Shown piece by piece: positions 14,590-26,689 of a stretch of DNA of 64,000 bases; within the stretch, counting starts at the first letter, position 1, and every line of letters starts with the position of its first letter. A program made the position numbers and the translations under genes. Under the pieces are notes generated by a model. That model ran no database searches, was not told the DNA's origin, and saw only the letters and a list, made by a program, of their open reading frames with translations. Source of the stretch: Octopus bimaculoides (Eukaryota). The stretch covers positions 184,469,501 to 184,533,500 of the forward strand of contig NC_068982.1 of NCBI RefSeq assembly GCF_001194135.2, written 5' to 3'.

Positions 14590-14820
14590 AACTCTGTTGA
14601 ATCATGGTCGATCTTGGGTCAAACAACAACAAGATATAAATTGTAGCTTTGTTGAAGCACGGCTGATCTGGGGGTTGAGCAACAACAAGGGGACAAAATT
14701 GCAGCTATACTGAATCGTGTCTAACCTACAGCAAACAATAACGACCACAGCATATGGATAAATATGGGTAACAGCTCTGTTGAACCATGGCTGACCTGGG
14801 GTTAAACAACAACAACAACC
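14590..14820 (+). repeat. Four diverged tandem copies of a ~60-bp unit ending in (CAA)n
   Basis: ctctgttgaa(c)catggctga(t/c)ctggggttaaacaacaac repeated. Confidence 0.7.
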
Positions 14821-14885
14821 ACAATAACAATACGCGTTTTCACTGAATTAGACAATGAATCATCATACGTTTGTTTCGTTTTGTT

Positions 14886-14996
14886 ATATTTTTAATTGGC
14901 TTAGTAGAGCTTCAATGAAAATATTTTTAATTGGCTTAGTAGAGCTTCAATGAAAATATTTTTAATTGGTTTAGTAGAGCTTCAATGAAAATATTT
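14886..14996. repeat. 35-bp minisatellite, 3 copies
   Basis: atatttttaattggcttagtagagcttcaatgaaa x3 with one substitution. Confidence 0.95.
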
Positions 14997-15286
14997 CCAA
15001 CGATGTTTGAATGACAAAAGTGAATTGACTCGATCAAAAATGTTAAGTGCTAGTAATACCTTCCATCTCGTCTCTTTTGATCAAGCTTTATTAGTTCTCT
15101 CAACACACAATTAATTACTCCTTATTACCACCAAGAGGTTAGAAGGTCTACTGTCGATTTTCTTTTGTCTGGCTCGACATACCACTTCACTTGGCTGGTG
15201 CGGTATTTGAAAGGGATGAAAAGGATGCTTGATTTGAATTTTGTTTTTAAATCCCCACCGTTTCACTTGATTCTGTATACGTGTAA

Positions 15287-15317
<31 letters not shown>

Positions 15318-15834
15318 TATATATTAGTGTGTCTGTCTGTGTGGAAGAGTGTTTCTCTGCCTGTAAGTGTCTATGTATCTCTATATGTGTATGTTTGAAA
15401 TTCTAATATATTCACATGATCCACTTCGAAGTGGATTGCTTACGGATTTCCATCTAAATTAGCTTCATTTATTCGTTTGTTGTTTTTTTTTTTGTTGTTT
15501 TTCTATCTGAATTTATAAATGTGCGTGTGTATGTGTGTTAACGTGATCGTGTATGCGAGTGCGGGCGGCGAGTGTGAGTGTGTGTGTGTGTGTGAGCATG
15601 TATGTGTGCGTGCGTATGGGTGTATGTGAGTGTGGGCGTGTGTGTGTGTATGTGTGTGTATGTATGTGTGCGTGCATGTGAGCGTATGTGGCTGTGGATG
15701 CGCGCGCAGGTGTTTTCTTTTTCTTGGTGGCTCAGTCATCTCCGAACCCTTCACTCTTTCTTACCTGCCACACCGATGTTCTGTTCTCCGCTATTGCAAG
15801 GCTCATTACTTACGATTTTTGCAGACTGGTGATT

Positions 15835-16005
15835 TCATACTCGGTCCATGTTCAACATAAACCGAGGTATACTTTTATGTCTGTAACGACAGTATTCCAG
15901 CGGGTTGAAACAGTTATAGGGAGAGATAAATGAGCAGGGTGCGTATTGCTGGTTTGCTGGGTGATGCAGAGTAATGATGGCGGGTGTCGAGGCGGATATT
16001 GTGTC
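15835..16005 (-). other. Exon-like segment A, homologous to segment B at 17.9 kb
   Basis: Open frame ...SASTPAIITLHH...SFISPYNCFNPLEY...*; strong donors GTAAGT (15813) and GTAAGA (15764) downstream. Confidence 0.35.
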
Positions 16006-16151
16006 TTGGCCGCTTTATCAGGTGGTCTTATAATACATCAATAATGGTATATGTCATGTGAAGAATCTTTCTCATTCATACACGAATGCATGCAAACGCG
16101 TATAGGAGTAAACCTCACCCAGCCTACATTCTTTTGCTTTATCTTTTTTTC

Positions 16152-16420
16152 TTGTTTCAGTCATTAGACTGCGGCTATGCTGGAGTACCACCTTGAGGAA
16201 TTTTAGTCGAACGAATCGACCCTAGGACTTACTATTCTTTTGTAAAGCCTGGTACTTATTCTATCAGTCTCTTTTGCCGAACCGCTAAGTTGCTGTTACG
16301 TAAACACACTAACACCGGTTGTCGATCGGTGGTGGAGAACAAACACAGATGTAAAACACACACACACATACAACGGGCTTCTTCCAGTTTCCATCAACCA
16401 AATTCACTCATAAGGCTTTG
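16152..16420 (-). mobile_element. SINE S1, 5'-truncated
   Basis: tgcggctatgctggagtaccacc...gccgaaccgctaag...caaattcactcataaggctttg. Confidence 0.85.
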
Positions 16421-16449
16421 ATAATAAGATCGATAATAGGTTATGCAAA

Positions 16450-16860
16450 GCAACAGCTCCCTTTGGTAAATTGTAGTACTGCGTCTGGTACTAGGGAGAT
16501 CCTATTCTCTAAACAAAATTTCTAACTGGCTGTACAGATCTGAGATCTGATCTCCTTGTAGGGCCATTTTGGAACAATTAGGTACCTTCTAGAAACGTTG
16601 CTTTGTAACGTCATTGGGTATACGCCCTTAATGTAAATTTGTTTTTCAAGAAATGGGACAGTTCAGATATTGAAGATTTTCCTGTTTAGTCTTAACTTAA
16701 ACATACCGGTTATGTAACTTAAATGAGTAAAGAACGCCTACCCAAGGTTCTCTTATACAGATAACTATTTGGTGATGCACGAATTATTGGAAGATTTCTG
16801 TTGAGGTGCAAGAATAAACTGAGGTCGAAATTAGCTCTTCGAATTATCGCTTCCTTCGAA
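16450..16860 (+). mobile_element. RTE-clade LINE remnant, post-RT region
   Basis: LKHTGYVT*MSKERLPKVLLYR*LFGDARIIGRFLLRCKNKL resembles the RTE motif LRWxGHVxRMxxxRLPKxLLYGEL. Confidence 0.65.
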
Positions 16861-17144
16861 AGAAAGAATGGCGCAGGAGAGAAAATTATAGGGAAAATTG
16901 CATCACAATATATTAAAAGGTTGAGTCCTCAGTATTAGATCGGCTGATACAGAACAAGAAAAAAAGAAATGGAAATACTAATCCACTTAGTTACAAGTTT
17001 GCTCAGTTTGAATTGCGATTTGTGAGGACTGGAGCTTTATATGTGAACTAAAATCCTGGTTTTATTTTCACTTTAGACGTAAGTACTAGGTACTTGTGTC
17101 TACAGTGGAATCCACAATCGTCGAAATCGGCAAGAAGTTCCCCC

Positions 17145-17183
<39 letters not shown>

Positions 17184-17828
17184 AGATACTCCCATTCCCA
17201 CACCACACATTTGTATATGAATATCTTGTGTTCTCTCGTATCGTTTGCTTTCACAACTAGGTTTGCGACTAAGAATGATTTTTATTACTATGATTAATTA
17301 ACCTAATTCATCACCATGCTGTATACAGTAGTGGAAGACTTTCTCAAAGACACAAATATATTCTCAAATTTACTCTTCACATGAAATATCAAACCAGACT
17401 TTGTTTAGTTCTGAAGCAAATTGACTCAAATTTAGAGATTTTTCTCAAATATATATTATTGTTGTTTAAGCCCAAGTAAATCCTGCTCCAGCAGACTTTG
17501 ATCAAATGTAATTTAATGTTTTGTATCCCATTTTTTTTATTGCAGCATAATAGATCAAAGACCACACTATCAAATGGTCCTTTATCTTTTAAGACTGGCA
17601 GGGCGGAATTTGAGAGAGATTTGGTAGTTATTTCTTGTAAGTCGCATAATTACTTACATATTCTCTCATTCGTTTGTAATTTTTATTGTTTTAGATATGC
17701 AACACGTTTCTGAATTATACGGTTGCACTTGTTTTCCTGTTGCATCGAGGATTGCTTTTGTATCCGGGACATGGAAAGAGTCAGTTTTTATAAGCTTTGA
17801 AGACAGTTGAATTCAATTTAGTGGATGT

Positions 17829-18031
17829 TCAGCCTGAACTACAGTACATTGGTGTCTGCAAGCATAAATGTTCCGCAGGATTGAAACAGTTATAAAAAGT
17901 AATAAATGAAGAAAGTATTTTTTGTGTACTGCATAGATGACACAGAGTAAGGATGGCGAGTGGAGAAGCGGGAATACCAAGTAGGGTTGGTGATACAGAG
18001 CATGGGGACAAAGAGAGAGGTGGTGGGTACA
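17829..18031 (-). other. Exon-like segment B, homologous to segment A
   Basis: Candidate acceptor ttcattcag; frame YPPP...PASPLAILTLCH...SFITFYNCFNPAE...*. Confidence 0.35.
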
Positions 18032-18938
18032 CTGAATGAACTTAGCTGGACATGGTACACGGCTTACTGGTTCTGATGTTTTGAAATACTGTTGAGATAG
18101 TGTTAGAAGTAACAGAAGATTGTGTTGTTGCGACTGTAGTACGTTGGCGAATTAATCATTAAACAAATGACGGATCTTGGACGCCCAACCTTTATCTCAA
18201 CAGCTAAAATAAGGGAATGCATCTGTAAAATTTATCTATTAAGATACGATGAATCTTATTTGTTTTTCTTTTCTCACATATTAGTTTGCTTCATCTTTCA
18301 TGATAAGTGGAAAGTTTTCATAATCCTGCCTTTTTCGAAGACTTTAACAAGAGTTGATACAATAGTTATGACCAGTGGTCATATCTGGAATGCTGTGTTG
18401 ATTTGCCAAGAGGCTGCTACCTAACCCACGATCTTCGTCATCAAAATAATATCAAGGAAGTCCATTGCGAGCAAACAAACTGGAATGAAAACATAAACAG
18501 GATGGGTGGGAGTCCGGAAAGAGGAGGGTGACGGTGAGTTGTGGTGGAGTGTTGGACAATAAATGCAAATGAAGTAGAAGTAGGTAATAGCAATTATATT
18601 TTTTATTCTCGATTGAGATCATTAATAGTTTGAAGAAGTAAAAGCAGAAATAATTGGTGATTGCTTAGTGTGAGAAGAGACAGGAGTAATTAGATGACCA
18701 AGAGAGTGGAATAGTCTGTGAAATAACTGCTAGGTACACCATAACTGTGGCTACAACACAAATGGAATTGATTTTCTTTCTCCTTTTCAAACCAGCAAAT
18801 AATAGCAAACTGATGACATATTAACGAGAGAGAATGACAGGATACATGCGAGGATCAAGCTCGTGACTTCGAATTGCTTGATATGAAACGATTCTGGAAA
18901 GATTAGGTTGTGGCGGTGCGAAAATTTTTCTCATTTTG

Positions 18939-19129
18939 TCACAAGGTTGCGACCTCAGTGGGAGAGGTGGGTCCTGAGATTGGCACTTCGCCTTTGAAGT
19001 CAGTCGGCAAATCTGAAAGGATGTGTTTAATGATTCAAGTTCATTGGAAATACGACTCACCGTTCTGACAGTTTGTTCTGTCTAATGATGAAAGGTCAAC
19101 AGCAATTAAGAGCGCCGAATTGGCTTGGC
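18939..19129 (-). CDS. Candidate two-exon coding fragment (19129-19061 and 19012-18939), unknown protein
   Basis: Acceptor ttccttttaag, donor GTGAGT, acceptor tcctttcag; continuous phase-1 frame QANSALLIAVDLSSLDRTNCQNDLPTDFKGEVPISGPTSPTEVATL*; no family recognised. Confidence 0.3.
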
Positions 19130-19299
19130 CTTAAAAGGAACAATGCAAACCACCTTTCCAAAGTCGTATACAAATATGTCCTATTTCCCCACTTCACAAT
19201 TAAAGGCAAATTCGCTTCTGTTGGATAGCTAATTTACAGCTAATATCTAACTCCGTCTCACACGCATTCACACATTTCCATATGTTGTTATTTCCAATT

Positions 19300-19386
<87 letters not shown>

Positions 19387-19639
19387 TCTCTCCCTCTCTC
19401 TCTCTCTTTCTCTGCATGTATACATATGTGTGTGTATGAGTGTGTGTGTGTACGTGTGTATGTATTAGGTGTGTTGGGTGAACGTTTCTGTTTATTTATT
19501 GTCTGCGTGCGTCTGCATGTATACATAGGATGTCATTTGAGTATGTGTGCGTGTGTGTAATGTTGTACGCACATTCATGTGTTTGTACATGAATGATGTT
19601 GAATGTACATACGTCAGTCGCGTGTGGTGTTCTGTATAG

Positions 19640-20110
19640 GTGCGCGCGCGCGCGCGCGAGTCGAAAATGTCAATCGTTCTACACTTAAACGAACTCAGAT
19701 TTTACACACACATCCTGACTATTTCTTCTTCTTAGCTACCACTGTTGCGTCTTTGCTTTCTGCTGCAGCATTACTGTTCTTTCAGTGTCCTTGTGGCAAA
19801 CATAACGGACTAGATACAACAGTGACAAAAAAAAAAAAAGTGACAAATATAGGTGGTACAGGATCTTTTCAGTTTTCCATACCATTAGCGATTAAAAAAA
19901 AATTCCATACAGATCTAGATTTTGATTTTAATTACGAAAATCATTTTGGAGGAATTAAAATAAAGACGTTATTTAAAAACGGAAACTTCAGGGGAATTTT
20001 AGCCAATCAAAGGCGACCATTTTTGATGTGCCGGAACTCGGGATTGACGTTCAATAGCACTTTGTTTTTGTTTTTGGAGGCACGTTTTCCGTCGCAATTT
20101 TTTTTCTGTC
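19640..20110. promoter_or_regulatory. Possible promoter region
   Basis: AGCCAATCA 20001-20009, CCGGAA 20031, TGACGT 20045, CpG-enriched non-repeat DNA and (GC)n at 19642-19658; motif-level evidence only. Confidence 0.3.
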
Positions 20111-20414
20111 TTTATTTCCTATTCGTTATTTTGTGAGAAATTAATAAGAAACTTTACTCGCTCGCTCACGCTGATTCAATATGTTGTTATGAGAACATAT
20201 GGCAATTAACTAAATGTTGTTGTGTTAATTTTATCTTTTGTGCTGAGATTATACCACAAAATAATGTAGTGTATCTCCACACATGAACGGAGGAAGAGAA
20301 AAGTAGCTCAACTTGTAGTAATGGTATTAACGATAGGAGAAGGTTACAGCGTGTAGGTGTAGTGTTTTATAAATAGCAGTTCTTTACAAAATATATAATA
20401 TAATTAACTATAGG

Positions 20415-20690
20415 CTATGGCTCAGGAGTTAGACCGTCGGGCTCACAATCATGAGGTAGTGAGTTCGATTCCTGGACCGGGCTGTGTTGTGTTCTTGACC
20501 AACACACTTTATTTTATGTTACTCCCGTTCACTCAGCTGTAGAAATGAGTTGCGACGTCACTGGTGCCCAGCTGTATCGGCCCCATTGCCTTTCCTTTGG
20601 ATAACATTGGCAGCATGAAGCGGGGAGGCTGATATGCATGGGCAACTGTTGATCTTCCATAAACACAGCTATACCTTCGCCTATCGTACA
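20415..20690 (+). mobile_element. SINE S2, tail variant a
   Basis: A/B boxes (tggctcaggagtt, gagttcgattcc), CORE-like tgtgttcttgaccaacacactt...cactcagctgtagaaatgagt. Confidence 0.85.
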
Positions 20691-21938
20691 AGATAAACTG
20701 TGAAGTTCTCACATATTCCAGCAGAAACAGCTAGTAGGTTCAGGGCGCTGCTACACTTAACAAACGACAGAGATTTGGTCAAATATGAGTGGGGTGGGGG
20801 ACTGCTGCAATAATTTAAGCCTTGTCTTCTTTTCTCTTTGACAATTAAGCAGACTGATAATCAGACCTATTCCTTCACTTTAGGAAATGTTAGCTTAATC
20901 GCTCCATTTCTCACGAATGGAAAGTCTATCTTGGTGGTTCCAGGTTATCAAGAAGTTAACCCGTCTATGACTCTCCTAATCCCATATCTTTTGATTTTGT
21001 TAGTTGCAGGCATTTTCACCTATCGCGAGGGTCTTTGGAACGTAACACACGCGATATTCGAGGGATTAGTGTGAACACACTCAGCGGTTCAATTTCCACT
21101 TACGTATTAATTAATTAATTAATTAATTTATTTATTTATTTATTTATTCCAGAAAGCTTTTCCAACAAGTTCAGTAGCTAATAACGACACTAGTGCCTGC
21201 TTTGGCACTGTTTTTCTATATATTTATCGCTGGCAGGAAGATGAATCGCTGCTATCTCTAGGAGTCAAGCGTCCATCATTGCCAAGAACAAGTAAGGTTG
21301 AAATCACGAGACCTGGTGGTCTTGGCGCTGCAGGTGGCGAGGATTTATCTCCATGCTAGTGACGTAAACAAGTGTGCATTTTGCACCAAAAGCCAATATG
21401 AAAGTTTCTCTCATGGTAACTACCGCAGTATAGTTCTGAATATGTCTCATTTGTGGTTTGAGAGGAATTTAACAGATCTAACAACCAGATAGAGACTCGT
21501 TTCTTGGCTTGTGTACAGGCGGCTTAGCTTCTAAGGTAAGAAGCGAATATATCAGATACGAGTGAATGAACCACCCGATTATAACGTGAGTTTCCAGGGT
21601 GGAGGTGGACATCACTGATGTACGTCTAGAACGTATGTGAACCTTTGTATATTTGAATGGTGGTGGTTGTGCTGGAAGTAAGTAGGGTGTGAGGAAGGCC
21701 TTTTAATCAAATTAATCAAATTATTTTGACAAAAAGGGAAAATAACAAAGGAAGTCGTTAGACCTATTACTGGGTCACTGCGTTTCGGAGGTCGAGAATT
21801 ACGAGGGAATGTGTGAAACTCGGCCGGAACAAATAATATGGTAATTTTATTTGAAAGCACCGGTCCGATTTTCTCACCGCTGTTTACTTCTTTAGTAGAA
21901 AGATACACCTTCCATCCAGTATAAATATGTACATATAG

Positions 21939-21948
21939 GTGTGTGTGT

Positions 21949-22046
<98 letters not shown>

Positions 22047-22200
22047 CTTTTACGTCTTTATGTTATTTGACTGCGACCATGTTCGGGCAATCGATCGCAA
22101 TTTTAACGAGACCCTGAGTTGCGGGGATATAAACACACCAGTACCGGTTGTAAAGTAGTGGTGGGGAACAAACACAGACACAAGGGCTTATTAGACGTGC
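21939..22200 (-). mobile_element. (TG)n plus SINE S1 mid-fragment
   Basis: taaacacaccagtaccggttgtaaagtagtggtggggaacaaacacagacaca. Confidence 0.6.
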
Positions 22201-23029
22201 GCACACACACACTCACGCGCACTTATACATATTTACACCCGGCGCATCCGAGTCTACTTTTAGGCCCGAGGGGTGATGGTGGAAAGAAAGGTCATCTTAA
22301 AATTCAAGGCTGCTGCTTTGAAAAGAGGTTTGGAGTTGGGTTGGGGGTTGTGTCAGATATTCACAGGCCACTCCTTGGCTCTGGACTGATGTACTTATTC
22401 AACGCAACTACAAAGGCCACACGTATATACACACACATACACACGCGCACATATATATATATACATACACACACACACACATATATGCATATAATATATG
22501 CAGATATACACACACATATATATATATATATACACACATATATACTTACTTGGAAATGGATACGTGGCGTTCAATTATATATGTATGCACACACACACAC
22601 ACACACACATACATATACGTAAGTATATTTGCATATATATATATATATANNNNNNNNNNNNNNNNNNNNNNNNNNNNNNNNNNNNNNNNNNNNNNNNNNN
22701 NNNNNNNNNNNNNNNNNNNNNNNNNNNNNNNNNNNNNNNNNNNNNNNNNNNNNNNNNNNNNNNNNNNNNNNNNNNNNNNNNNNNGTATTTATATTATTAT
22801 ATGATTCAACGCCACGCATCCTCTTCCAAGTAAGTTTTATCTTAATAATTCTGATGCACAATCTATACGATCTTTTTACTCTTTCGTTTTTCTCTCTTTT
22901 TCTCTCTCTTATTCTTTTACCTCCTCTTCTCCCACTATTCTATCCTATTACTGTCACTCTCTCTCCTTCACTCCTCCTCCCTTGCTCACGTGACTTCCAC
23001 GTGACCATCGGCCATCTTTCTTTCTTCTC

Positions 23030-23420
23030 CTAACTTGTGTTTCTTTCTTTCTCTCCGTTGTAGCTGGAACAGGGAAGACGTGTTCTTGTCTGTCTCCAGT
23101 CCAACCTTGATTTATGCTTTTGTCACCACAACTTCGTTTAGGCTTAGCAGCCCTTCCTGTTTGTTTTCACTGTCCTGATTGTGTTACCAATTTTGACCCT
23201 CCGTAAAATCCCAAATTTTATTTAATTTGCTTTGCGAGAGCAACTGCTTTATCGAAAGCGTATATTGTTGTTAAATGCCCGAAATACGAGAGTAGAAGAA
23301 CAGCCAACCACTGATGAAGGGTCGTTCTTTATGTTGCTTGTCATGTTTTCCATTTGTGTCTTTCGTTGTTCGAAAAAATAGTACTTGTACGTCGTATTTT
23401 TTGATGTACACGTTTCGTGA
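23030..23420 (+). mobile_element. Penelope-like element pLTR remnant
   Basis: Homologous to 24155-24420; gcccgaaa...ctgatgaaggg core followed by a T-rich tail. Confidence 0.55.
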
Positions 23421-23498
23421 CGTCCACATATGCACATATATATACGTATAGATGTAAGTATGTACATATACGTCTGTATATATGCATATGTATATATA

Positions 23499-23556
23499 TA
23501 TTATATTATATTATATTATATTATATTATATTATATTATATTATATTATATTATAT
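23499..23556. repeat. (TATTA)n pentanucleotide repeat
   Basis: Direct reading. Confidence 0.9.
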
Positions 23557-24004
23557 ATATGTATGTATATATATATANNNNNNNNNNNNNNNNNNNNNNN
23601 NNNNNNNNNNNNNNNNNNNNNNNNNNNNNNNNNNNNNNNNNNNNNNNNNNNNNNNNNNNNNNNNNNNNNNNNNNNNNNNNNNNNNNNNNNNNNNNNNNNN
23701 NNNNNNNNNNNNNNNNNNNNNNNNNNNNNNNNNNNNNNNNNNNNNNNNNNNNNNNNNNNNNNNNNNNNNNNNNNNNNNNNNNNNNNNNNNNNNNNNNNNN
23801 NNNNNNNNNNNNNNNNNNNNNNNNNNNNNNNNNNNNNNNNNNNNNNNNNNNNNNNNNNNNNNNNNNNNNNNNNNNNNNNNNNNNNNNNNNNNNNNNNNNN
23901 NNNNNNNNNNNNNNNNNNNNNNNNNNNNNNNNNNNNNNNNNNNNNNNNNNNNNNNNNNNNNNNNNNNNNNNNNNNNNNNNNNNNNNNNNNNNNNNNNNNN
24001 NNNN

Positions 24005-24420
24005 GTGACAATATGAATCTTCGAAGACAATTTCTCCCATAACTTCCAAAATAAATTTTGGATTTTATGGGTCAAAGTTAGCAACAAAAACAGAACAGTG
24101 GAGACATACAACGAAAACAAATATGGAGGGTCGTTAGACCAGAACAAGGTTTCCTCGTATGTCTCCACTGTCCTGTTTTTGTTCTTAACTTTGACCCTTA
24201 AAATCCAAAATTTATTTTGGAAGTTATGGGAGAAACTGTCTTCGAAGACTCATATTGTCGTTGATTGCCCGAAATGAAGGTAGATAGACAGCCGACAACT
24301 GATGAAGAGTCGTTCTTTGTGTTACATGTCCTGTTTTCCATTTTTTTCTCTCGTTGTTTGCGTATTTAACTCGTTTGTTTTCGTATTTCATGTTGTTTAT
24401 AGTTTGTGACGTCCTGTACC
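24005..24420. mobile_element. Penelope-like element with inverted duplication
   Basis: 24007-24110 is a near-perfect reverse complement of 24157-24259; ctgatga at 24299. Confidence 0.65.
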
Positions 24421-24473
24421 TATATATATATATATATTGCATATATATTATATTTATTATTATTATTGTTTTA

Positions 24474-24838
24474 GTCACCTGACCGCGGCCATGCTGGATC
24501 ACCACCTTTAGTCGAACAAATCGACCGCAGAATTTATTCTTTGTAAGGCTAGTACTTATTCTAGCGGTCTTTTCGCCGAAACGCTAAGTTACGTGGACGT
24601 AAACACAGTCACATCCGTTGTCAAGCGATGGTGGGGGGGACAAAGACAGACACGCAAACACACACACTCATATATACAAAAGGGCTTCTTTCAGTTTCCG
24701 TTTACCAAATCCACTCACAAAGCTTTGGTCGGCCCGAAGCGATAGTAGACACTTGGCCAAGGTGCCACTCAACGGGACTGAACGCAGAACCATGTGGTTG
24801 GGAAGCAAGCTTACCACACACCTACGCCTATATATATG

Positions 24839-24877
<39 letters not shown>

Positions 24878-25032
24878 GACGGGCTTCTTTCAGTTTCCGT
24901 TTACCAAATCCAATCACAAGGCCTTGGTCGGCCCGAGGCTATAGTAGAAGTCAATTGCCCAAGGTACCACGCAGTGGGACTGAACCCGGAACCATGTGGC
25001 TGGTAAGCAAGCTAGTTACCACACTGCCATTT
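24474..25032 (-). mobile_element. SINE S1 with two tandem head/CORE modules
   Basis: gggcttctttcagtttccgtttaccaaatcc...ggtcggcccga occurs at 24682 and 24881. Confidence 0.85.
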
Positions 25033-25064
25033 CTACACACACGCGCGCGCACATATATGTATGT

Positions 25065-25134
<70 letters not shown>

Positions 25135-25253
25135 ATATGTATACAAATATGTGTATGTATATATATACACATATTTATATATGTACACATATATGTGTAT
25201 GTATATATATATATACATATATATACACATAGACACACATATATATGTAATAA

Positions 25254-25296
<43 letters not shown>

Positions 25297-26113
25297 TCTG
25301 TATTTGAGTGTTCTTTTTGAAAAAGTCTGGTTAACGTATAATTAATCAGAGTTAACAGTTTCGTATAGATGTGCGAACTACAGTTTTATGATTCTTTGCT
25401 AGCATGCAATTGTGAAGTTGTGGATTATCGCTTTTATTCTTCGTTCAGTCTTAAAATAGTTAACAGATGCCAGCTCTATGTAGCAATTGCTTTTCGACAT
25501 TACAAACTTCCACGTAACCATTTAAATTGTGTGCCACATAGATGTACTTGTATACCTCTGATGTGTGATATTTGACAAGTAGTTGATCGTCTGGTCAGTG
25601 AAAAGTGATTTGGTGATGCTTAAATAATGGATAAATGAAAATCTGTCTTTACAAAAGTCGTTTGCACAATGTATGGTTTTGAAAGACATTTTCATAAATT
25701 TTCATTGAACGGGTAACCTTGACTTTGCATAATATAAGCTTGTGTGCTAAACTCTTGTGTAAGGCTCTTTGCTTCCCGGTTCCTTACAGATTTGTTGTGC
25801 AGAGAGAGGAATATTGTTTCGGGAAGTACATGTTTAATCATTCTTGCTGCCGCCTCTCAGAGTTTTTCTAATCTTCACATTCGATTAGGCAATTGAATGA
25901 TGGTTTTGCGACAAGGTGTTCCGCAAACATTTCTCTGTATGTTTGCCTCTTTTTCCTCACACACTCTCTGTCTGTTTCTCAGTCTATCATCAATATATAT
26001 TTTCTTAATTATATATAAACACAGTCAAACATTAAACTGAAGTTATCGCTTAATACTTTCCAGTAGACTAACATTTTTTTCCAAGCACAAGTTTGACTCA
26101 CACTTTTTAGGTT

Positions 26114-26153
<40 letters not shown>

Positions 26154-26689
26154 GTGTGCATATACGTACACACACACATACACAAACACATACACACATA
26201 AAATATGCACACGCATATGTGCATACATATGTATATATACACACACACTCACACACATTCGCGCAACAATCTAATGAAGTGAGACGTAAATCTCGGAGTC
26301 AATTTAGTGAAGTATGTCTTTCTATTAAATCTTATCGACGTAGACAGGATGAATGAAATGAAGCACCACAAGTGGGGCAAACTCTGATCAACGTTAAAAA
26401 GAGACTGTGTTTACACATAGATTTCAAGCTGATGTTTCACTTCCTGTGAAGCGAAATATTTCCTGGCTCTGATCAAACAGCATCCTTTTCCCTAAATTTA
26501 TATCAATGTTACAGACATTCAAATTGTCCATCGAATGTGAATTATGTTACATTTGAATGAACTTTTATAGTTTCTGTTATATGTGCAATAGTGACAACTT
26601 TGAATAGTTACTCACCATAATATAACATCGCATCTAGCAGCATTTCAATTTGGTCAATTCCGTCATTGGTTCATGTCCTACGAGAAGTT

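Noticed and set aside
15870-15920. GPCR TM7 NPxxY-like motif (NCFNPLEY)
   Set aside because: The homologous copy reads NPAEH and there are no upstream transmembrane helices.
18939-18941. Selenocysteine TGA aligning with the Cys of segment B
   Set aside because: Similarity is limited to SPxxxxTL, the frame closes 12 codons later and I saw no SECIS.
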